In this document: positions 54,902 to 64,000 of the stretch, in pieces
How positions within the stretch are numbered: position 1 is the stretch's first letter
How the letters are laid out: each line of letters opens with the position of its first letter
Assembly: GCA_051294905.1 (NCBI GenBank)
Contig: CM119372.1
Location: 16,990,001 to 17,054,000, forward strand
DNA length: 64,000 nt
Reading direction: 5' to 3'
DNA from: Botryllus schlosseri
Lineage: Eukaryota
Notes under the pieces: model-generated
The model's input: the letters and a program-made list of their open reading frames with translations, nothing else
Told to the model about the DNA's origin: nothing
Databases searched by the model: none
Program-made: the position numbers and the translations under genes

Positions 54902-57900
54902 CACGGTATTTTATAAATCCATGAGACTTCAGTAGTTCTAGAATCCTGAATTAATGAGAGTTGAATAAACCTCACAATGATAAGATATTCAGTAATAATA
55001 TAGAAATTGGCTTATATTGTGAATATCCAATAATTGTGAAATTAGCAATTATCTCATGTTGTTGACGAAAATGATCAGCTTACGTTCTTACTTGCAGGCG
55101 TCCAGATGTAACCGTTCTAGTATATTTACATATCTTTCTATGGAGACAGCGTTAATTTTTTTATTCTTGACTTAACGTATAAATAACCTACTTGTATACA
55201 TTAAATGAAAGTATTTATGAGACATCGTAGCAACGCACATATTGTATGTTATCTATTTATTTCGCGATAATCGATTACTACTACTACATTTATCAGAGTA
55301 CACTCTGCTAGGGTTTGCCTAGTGACAGTACTTACTCAAGTCGATTTTGTAAAAACGTTTATACTGGGAATTTTGTAAAATAAATACCAATTTTTTAAAT
55401 CGCCGAACACTTTACATCAAATTTAGTAAAGTAGATAGAAACTACTTTTTCCAAAGTACTAAAGACCTTTACACTACGGTTTTGTAAAATAAATCCTAAT
55501 ACAACGTAAGATGATTATTTTCATCAACAACACGAGATAATTGCTAATTTCACAATGATAAGATATTCACAATATTAGCCAATTTTCTATATTATTACTT
55601 TGCTAGATTTATTATTAAAATTATTTTTAATAATCATTGAAATCATGTAGATTATAACAGTGAACGTGTTTTGTACAACTACTTTATCAACTATACAAGA
55701 TAATCGATAATTTAACTAAAAATCAATAAGATATTCACAAAGCAACAATATTATTAAAAAGATGTTCAGTTCACCCGTTATAAGCTACAATGATTTCAAT
55801 GAATGATGAAAAAATATTATTAATAATTGTTGTTTCAAAGTTAGAACCAAAGTAATAATATTTAAAAAGTGGAATATTTGAAAATATTTAAATCATGCTT
55901 TGGTGCTTATAATAACGTAAGCTGATCATTTTCATCAACAACATGAAATAATTGCTAATTTCACAATGATTCGATATTCACAATATTAGCCATTTTTTAT
56001 ATTATTACTGAATATGTTATCATTGTGAAATTAGCAATTATCTCGTGTAGTTGATGAAAATAATCAGCTTACGCTGTTATAAGCTCCAAAGCATGATTTA
56101 AATATTTTTTAAATATTCCATTTCAGAAAAAATATTACTTTGGTTCTAACTTTGGAATAATAATTATTGATAATATTTTTTCGGTATTAATTGAAATCAT
56201 TACAATAATATTTAAAAGATGTACACCATTATAAGCTACAATGATTTCAATGAATAATGAAAATATTATCAATAATTATTATTCCAAAGTTAGAACCAAA
56301 GTAATATTATTTTAAAAAATGGAATATTTAAAAAATATTTAAATCATGCTTTGGAGCTTATAACAACGTAAGCTGATCATTTTCATCAACAACATGAGAT
56401 AATTGCTATTTTCACAATGATTAGATATTCACAATTTTTGCCAATTTTTATATTATTACACATATTCAATCTACAGCGTACAGCGAATAATCATGTAATA
56501 AATATTACACGTTATATATTGCCTTGCACTTGCTTCAACTGCAATAACAAAGGCGATCAACGCAATATTGACGTAATCATATCTCAGCGTTACTAAAGTA
56601 ATCGCATATGACGTAATCATTACTGAACATGCTTCAACTACACAATCATAATGACGTAAATATACCAGTTCATCAGGTCAATTCGATCCATTATGACGTA
56701 TATATCATTAGCAGTAATCTTTGACATATTCCATCTACAGCGTGTAGCGAATAATCATGTAATAAATATTATACGTTATATATATTGCCTTGCACTTGCT
56801 TCAACTGCAAAGGCAATCAACGCAATATTGACGTAATCATATCTCAGCGTTACTAAAGTAATCAACTACGCATATGACGTAATCATGAACATGCTTCAAC
56901 TACACAATCATATTAACGTATTTCTCAGTGTTATTGGACTGGAACTAGACGCAATCATGACGTAATCATATCTGAGCATTACTGGAACTAAGCAAAGCCG
57001 CTCTCGTAATAACTAAAGTAATCAACTACGCATATGACGTAATCATGAATATGCTGCAATACGCAATCATAATGAAGGTAATCAACTTACGCAAACATGA
57101 CGTAAACATATCTCAGCGTTACTGGACTGGAACTATGCCATCTCTCGCACAACCAAAACCTCTCTCGTATTGAAACCACACCCACATTGTTCTGCGTTCT
57201 GATTGGCTAACAGATGTCACGTGATCAAATACTCGACGTTGATTGGGGCGCGTCCCGTTACCGTGTATTATACTACTTAATATATATGCAATCGCCCATC
57301 TGATTGACCGATTTTATCATAAATTATCGAAAATTTTCGCGCCTCGCGCTGGCTCACAATACAGTACAGATAATTTCGTGACAAACGCGACCAACGTGAT
57401 CGGGGGGGGGTCGTGTTATCACCCTATGGGAGCCCAATACCCACGTATTTTGGGGCCTGACGAGGTGCTGTTTCGTTCCTGCCAACGAATATACCCCCGA
57501 AGATGTTTAATTGTTATTGAGTGGTCCTACCTTTTCAAACACACCTCACTCAGCTCTACCGGCAAATCTGATTACGTGAGCAGAGAAGAAAAAAAATTGA
57601 TAACATTATATGCAATTCCTGATCATACTAAACCAGGGCCGGCCAACCCGTGGCCCGCGGGCCACATGTGGCCCGCGAGAAGGTTTTGAGTGGCCCGCGT
57701 GGTGATTTCCGAAATTAGTAACATAATACAAAATGGATTGCACCGATTGTGAACTTTGTGAAAATGAAAGAACGCCAAATGTATCAGATTGAGTCTAATT
57801 CAGGGGTTCTCACAGGGTGGGCCATGGCCCACCCGTGGGCCACAGGAGCATTTGAGGTGGGTCGCAAAGCTATTTAGAAAATTTTAGAATTGATGTTTAG

Positions 57901-58491
57901 TTTAGTTATATTTGTTACATTAATCGCTAAAAATATACTCATATTATCTAATTATACGTAGGCTACGTAAAGCTTTTCATCCGACTCTGATGAGACGTAA
58001 TGGCACGTATGGAGTCAGCATGTTCAAGTCAAAAACGAGAGGGAGAAACGGCGGCTTTTCCACTGGCTATGACAACCTACGGCTAGTAGCAACTAAAATA
58101 ATTTCGAGCATATAATAACTGGAAGGTAATGCTGAAGTAACCAAGTATTCCGGCAGGGTCATGTCGTATGTCGTTGAAAGGGGTGTATAATAGACTCGGA
58201 ATGAAGTGTAATTGGGGTATAGATTTATTGTACTTGGGCGAGTCGTATTATTGTAAGATACTAATAGCCATAATTGCAAATTATTAGCAACTTCTGGCGG
58301 AGGTATCTGAACCACCGCAACGAATCGTATGGGATCGTATGGGTTTAGCGGAGCGCATTAATCTTTGGAGTCGGTTTAAAATGTCCGCCCAGGAAATCAT
58401 TGTATATGATGTAGGAGTCACATGAATTGATTGCATCATTGGATTGAATATTCTGAGATCGCAACTTCAGTTGGTTGGTACAAGACATACA

Positions 58492-59952
58492 ATGTGCATT
58501 GTACATCATGCATATTAAACAAATCTTTCTCCACTTCACTGTAGTACCCCATTCACCAATGAACTGTTTGAAGCTGACCCAGAATGATTATATTTTTCCC
58601 CACAATAGTGAAACTAAAATCCCAATCACACAGCGGATGCGTGGTTTTGATCATCGTGTTTCGCGACGCGAATGGAGCAGCGGACGATCATAATATACAC
58701 CGAGTTTTAGCCTATGATCTACCAGGGCCGTAACTTCTGTACCCAAACCCCCAATTGCGGGAGCTCGAAGGGACACAAGATTATTTCGTTGGTCGATTGT
58801 TGGAGGACATTTATTAGACATGAAAATTTTCGTCGCGCTCTACGCGATTTCATGGGCCGAAAGGTCTGCATTTAAATATCATCAGTAAATTAAGAGGAAA
58901 ATGCGCACATTTTAGAGAAATAGGCATATCGGCGCCGTCGACGACACAAACTGATTGATGCATGTTGGTCGAAGCTTTCGATATCGATATGTCCAGGCGA
59001 CGAATAGTCCAGTCCTTGCAAACTGCGCCCAGCAATATACAGCAGGCCCGCAATATAGTCAAGTGACAATATTATTGACGTATGAACTTCGAACAATTTT
59101 CGCGCTTCGCGCGGCTAATGGCCCGCGCAATAGTTCGTCAATCGAATGTGGCCCTTTGGCCAAAAAGGTTGGCCAGCCCTGTACTAAACGATGAAATCAT
59201 GAATTCTAGAAATTTTTCGCGCCCCGCACGCTTAGGCGACTAAAGCTTATCCACTAAACAGACTCCCAATGAATAGCGGTAAACAGTGCACCGCCGGAGG
59301 GGGGTGAATAAGCCCCCCAGAAGTTCGGTCTATAACCCTATGGGGGCCCAAGACCAAAGTTTTGGGGGGGGCCTGACGAAGTGCTGTTACGGCCCTGCTT
59401 GCGCATACCTTTACGCTTCGTTCAAGGACTAATACAGTCGCAACGGGCTGGGAGGCCACAATCAAGGGGGTCCGACGACCACTCAGGGTCTCCTTCCACA
59501 GCCATATTCTAGCTAGATCAACCAATCGGGCGTCGTCAGCGTCCCCGTCCCACTGACGGCCCCCCCGCCGAGTATCCCTGTTGGACAAGGATCTTCTTAT
59601 CGCAACCTTGTATTCACCTCGGTTGCAAACGACTGGTACCTAACGTCACCAGGATGGGCTCCCGCAGCCGTAACACATCTGAGTACGTAGTTATTCCCGC
59701 CGTTTACCCGCAATTTTTTCACTCTTTTTCGGTTGAAACTAGTTTCATGTTCACTATAGAGAAAACTATCTTCTTAGGACTTATATAAACATGTTTCTGC
59801 AGCTTTTGAGCTATATATCATGACTCTACGACCAGCGGTTGCCGAGATATGCAATTTTACCCCCTCGAGCGCAGAAACTGGGGGTTTCCGGCTGGAAAAT
59901 GGGGGGCAATCCCCTAAATTCAATTTTCATTGAAGTTTCAGGTCATTTGTCA
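58492..59952 (-). repeat. Partner of the inverted duplication at 31015-32012, with extra internal sequence
   Basis: Colinear reverse-complement match, interrupted at ~58950-59510. Confidence 0.8.
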
Positions 59953-60524
59953 GAATCCTTCAATTATGACAATGCCAGCACCCAAACCCCGACTTATCTC
60001 ACACAGACACAAAACATTGACAAAAACAGATATTGCCCTGGTCCACTAGTTCACCTATGGTCAATTGGTCATTGATCATCCATAACAAAGCAAGCCAAAT
60101 TATAGCTAGTGAAATATTGTTGAGCAGAACGAATTTTATTGATGAATTTGCATAGTTTATGACCAGAATGATCACTATCACCAATCATTCAGCAATACAG
60201 CTGTGGACTGACGGACATAGCATAAAGTTTTCGTCCAGTTTTGACCACTCTTGGAACACAATTATCTATGTCACTATGTGTATAGGCTAGAGTAAATCTC
60301 TACAGCACCAATATGATGCACATGACAAGTGTTTGATAAGATTACTGAGTAGTTCGAACACCATCCCAGCAAAGACATAATCTGCTAAGCTAATTTCCTT
60401 GGATGAAATCGCAAACAGAATAAAATGAAAGTGAACATGTATTTTACTTCGTGTTAGTGCACGACGGTTGAAATCATCACTGCCGAATCTTCAACAATTG
60501 CGCTGTTGCAAGCAAAAAACGATT

Positions 60525-61172
60525 TCAAGTGGCCGATCCCGTTTTCTGAGTTTTCTCAACAGCAGCTATCACATGCGAATCAAATAATTCAGCTCTGATA
60601 GGCATTTCTAGGGAGTAGAACGGATTTTTCAAAGCATAGTCCGCATATATACGATACAGTTTATTCAGCAGAGAGTCTACACCTAGCTGCTTGTTGTCAG
60701 CAATGACAACAAACTTCACTCCTGTTAGAGTTTGCTTGCAATGCAGCGTGAAAGCATCTGTCTCCAATTTCTGTATTCCTGAACTCGTGCTGTTTGGTGA
60801 CAACTGCACGCTGATCGCGTACAATGAGTGGAACATACTGGCGAGCATTATTTTTTGGTTCGATGATAGTTTACGTCGTCCAAACTTTATACTGAGCGGG
60901 AATTCTTTTTCGTTTTTTAGGATGTCCATGGCTGATACCCCATCGATTCTGCCTCCCTGAACAGGTTTGCCATTGATTGCGAGGATAATATGACCAACTC
61001 TGATTCCATCCCTTTGGCCAAATATAACGGTGATACCTTCTGACTGCTCTTCCAACTTCAGCTCTAATGGATAGCTGAGCGTCTTCTCCATTTCAAAGTT
61101 TGGTTTGTAATGGTCATACTGAAAGATCAGTCCTCCTGCTTTGTTGATGACAAAAATTCCGAAGACTGTCAT
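60525..61172 (-). CDS. TRAPPC4: Trafficking protein particle complex subunit 4 (synbindin/Trs23), single-exon CDS, 215 aa
   Basis: [14 protein letters not shown]-terminus, PDZ-like insert ([14 protein letters not shown]), [52 protein letters not shown]. Confidence 0.97.
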   Translation of the reverse strand: MTVFGIFVINKAGGLIFQYDHYKPNFEMEKTLSYPLELKLEEQSEGITVIFGQRDGIRVGHIILAINGKPVQGGRIDGVSAMDILKNEKEFPLSIKFGRRKLSSNQKIMLASMFHSLYAISVQLSPNSTSSGIQKLETDAFTLHCKQTLTGVKFVVIADNKQLGVDSLLNKLYRIYADYALKNPFYSLEMPIRAELFDSHVIAAVEKTQKTGSAT

Positions 61173-62910
61173 GATGTCCTTGAAATCACTGTATCAATTT
61201 TTTTTCCGCACCTAGAGTGTAGCCAAAGACATCAGACATTGGACAGAAAATTAAAGTAGGCCTACAATGAAAATTATTATTGTAACATAAACCTTGACAT
61301 AAAGCATCAACTTGAAAAATGATGGTGATGGTGGTTATACTATCAATGACATGAAGCGTGCAATCACTGCGGCGATATTGCTATAAATGACATTTGGCTT
61401 CTCTTAGTCGCTTGCAAAAAATGAAGCGTGCATATGGATTATTGATGTAAAATGTAATCATATATAATAGTATGGCGTTGTCACATTCATATACCGTGTC
61501 AAAGGGTTTAGTTAACATTAACCTCCGAGGTAAGGGGCGGTTTTAGGCTCTTAGATGGGATATGTCCACGCTTATAGTGAAACAGGGTGTAAGTTGGGGG
61601 CTGAATTAGATTATAGATGGTTTGTTTGAGGTCGAGCAAGACGCCTAGTCCCTCTCAAACCTTAAAAACAATAAACCAAAATGAAACTCCACCGAATGTC
61701 CCAATCTAACACATAACCTTGGCTGGCGCATGCGCACATCATACGCAACTAATTACGGAAAGGAAACTTGATTGCACCCTCTCCTGGCCATGATTAACAC
61801 CTATTATACACCACAACTCCAAACTACGGTCAATCCAATCAATCGCTGACGCTAACCTATAACGTCTAAGCCTAATCCAATCCAATCAAACCCTTTTATT
61901 TAGCAAAACTCCCAGACACATCCGTATTGTATTCTGTGCCTGACATCGCCAATTCATACCCACCGAAAAACGAAAATAACGACGAATCTATTTCTAGCTT
62001 CGACAGACTGCTAACAACGGTACAGCTGGTTAGAAAACTATGACAATTTTTATAGAACTAGGCCTATCTATTAGGTTGCGTGTCACGCAGCCGAGTCTAT
62101 CAGATATAATATTATTTCCCGGCCCAGCCTATATTTATCGAGATTGAGACATCATACGAAGTTACTGACATGTCTACCGATACAATATGCCACTATCATT
62201 TCGTTTTATTTGTTCACTGCACCTATTTGATTTTTTTGTTGATTTTGTCGATGTTCCCACTTGATTCCAAAACTATTTTTATATTGCAATAGTTTTTTTT
62301 TAAGCCTGAAATCCAAAAAAAGATCAGATTACGGATTCTAAACACTGAACTGTATAAACTGAAGAATTTATCAGCTGTGATTACTCAGCCCTATCGCCAT
62401 TGATGCCATGGTGACGTAATAACGCTATAGTATAGTCGGAATTTCATTTAAGTAATGTTAGACGAGGTCGAGGACTCGAGGTGATCATCATCTGTCTTCG
62501 TCGAGCTTTTACAGCCATAGGAAATAATATGTGCTGCTGCTAAAATTTTATGCAAGATTTTGTTTCCAATCTATATTCATTAGTATCGGGATTCCCGTGA
62601 CATGAGCTACAGAAGCAGATGTCATTGCTTGACATCGATGCAATCTCGTTCTATTTCAATTAATAATCGGGAAATCATACCGTACTGTTCGATATTCTTC
62701 GATACAATATTCTTGAAATGTTCCCTTTTAGCTTATCCACTGCAGATGATTTGGTATAATTATATTTACAAGTATCTCTGTCTCAGCCCATTAACTAGTG
62801 CTCCTATGTATTGGTAATATATGATTAACTATGTGGGTGCATGGCATTTCCTATGGTATCTGTTGATTAAAAAACTGCACAAAGATGCTATGGTTGCTAT
62901 TCCACTATGG

Positions 62911-63133
62911 CAGTGGTTCTCAAACTTTTTGCGACACGCCCCCCTTATTATCATCACAAAATGCAACCAGAATGCTAGCAATCCGGGACCGTTAATGAGA
63001 GAATTTAGACTATACACAAAGCAAAAACGATGAATTAGAGGCAAATCGCGCCGAGCGCAAAAAAAATTTCCAGTTGACCGCAGCTTCGGGCCCCCTTCAG
63101 TTGCTTTTACGCCCCCCAGTTTGAGAACCACTG
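62911..63133. mobile_element. 223-bp hAT MITE
   Basis: Perfect TIR CAGTGGTTCTCAAAC; exact TSD CACTATGG. Confidence 0.9.
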
Positions 63134-63526
63134 CACTATGGCATTCTTGTTTCCAGAAAATATACTGGAAATTGACTGAAATATTTGTAGAGTTTTCAAA
63201 TATTGCAATCTAGTCAGGTAAGACAGAATGATGTCTTATTGTCTGTGAAGAAAATTATCAATTCGTAAATTCGCAATTACAGTATGACTAACGACATTAA
63301 AAATATTATATACCAATACCGTTTTCACTTCAATCATTGACAGGAGGTGTGCACATCATACATGGTCACAAAATGCTGACAGAAGCATAAAACAATGATC
63401 GAGTCGATATTGAAAGTAGATAAATCATATAAAGACACTATTCATGTAAAATCAATGTGTAAAGGCGGCCTCTGATTGATACTTTGAATCATTTGAGAGG
63501 ATGGATGGTTGAGCATTGTTTATAAG

Positions 63527-64000
63527 TAGGGCGATTTTTTTTACATGTCAAAAAAGTCAAAATTTTAGCGTTAGGTCAAAAAATTTCAAAATTGTTGACA
63601 AAGTCAAAATTGTTTTGCAACCTGTATTTGGTTTGTATCGTAGATTTTGCACTGTCGGTGAACTTATCATTTGACATTTTACACTTGTAGCCTACTTTAT
63701 AGGCCTACCGTTGTAGACGGCCCGTTCTCTGCTCATTTTGAATTCTCTACTAGTTGCTGATGATTACCCCTGACGAGTGTCAGCCGAAATATTCGGGTTC
63801 ATTTCAATATGAATATACTATTCATTGTGAATCATAAACATTCAAATGAAACAAATAGGTTGGCATGGTGTTATTTCCAACGTACCGCAATATCCCATCT
63901 GAAGCAAGACTGCGTGGGCATTGAATAGTTCTTATATCAAGAAGTGCATGATGAAAAATTGTGATGTAGACAGCATTGTCAGAATGAAGCAACACGGTGT
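63527..64000 (+). mobile_element. Second copy of the 8078-9929 hAT-derived element (runs off window) with a short Penelope insertion at 63744-63822
   Basis: Colinear with 8078-8296 and 9297-9478. Confidence 0.75.
63756..63798 (+). ncRNA. Putative minimal hammerhead ribozyme
   Basis: ACCC-CTGACGA-GTGTCAGCC-GAAA-TAT-TC-GGGT; upstream GCTGA complementary to loop II TCAGC. Confidence 0.55.

Larger units (their letters stand above)
33736..57277. mobile_element. Giant palindromic, non-autonomous Polinton/Maverick-like element (probably ~15.3 kb once the duplicated overlap is removed)
   Basis: Termini AGTAGT...ACTACT; exact 6-bp TSD TAATAT (33730-33735, 57278-57283); left arm 33736-41363 is the near-perfect reverse complement of 49651-57277; no ORF >100 aa inside. 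Confidence 0.85.

Noticed and set aside
57243..57689. 148-aa ORF crossing the element's right end
   Set aside because: Spans TIR, TSD and MITE junctions; chance ORF
62400..62745. Possible terminal exons of a neighbouring minus-strand gene, or RPS25 head-to-head with TRAPPC4 as in vertebrates
   Set aside because: Only short open frames with weak splice support; no RPS25-like peptide seen

Overview
Repeat-rich animal (invertebrate-like; taxon not determinable from sequence alone) genomic window. Two host genes are supported: an unannotated-looking 3-exon GPI-anchored Ly6/uPAR (three-finger)-like gene (minus strand, 15016-16020, not visible as one ORF) and an intronless TRAPPC4 (minus strand, 60525-61172). 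Positions 1-33.7 kb and 57.3-64 kb are a mosaic of nested hAT MITEs with 8-bp TSDs, hAT transposase remnants, L2/Crack-type LINE 3' ends, tRNA-derived SINEs, a Penelope GIY-YIG fragment with minimal hammerhead-like motifs, and a CCA-containing tRNA-Leu retrocopy. The dominant feature is a giant, essentially non-coding, near-perfect palindromic element (33736-57277). It has AGTAGT...ACTACT termini and a 6-bp TSD (TAATAT), which are Polinton/Maverick hallmarks, a telomere-like 42-bp central spacer and a decayed IAP-type RING remnant. About 8.2 kb of it appears duplicated by an unmerged contig overlap at the 100-N gap, so the real element is probably a single ~15.3-kb foldback.
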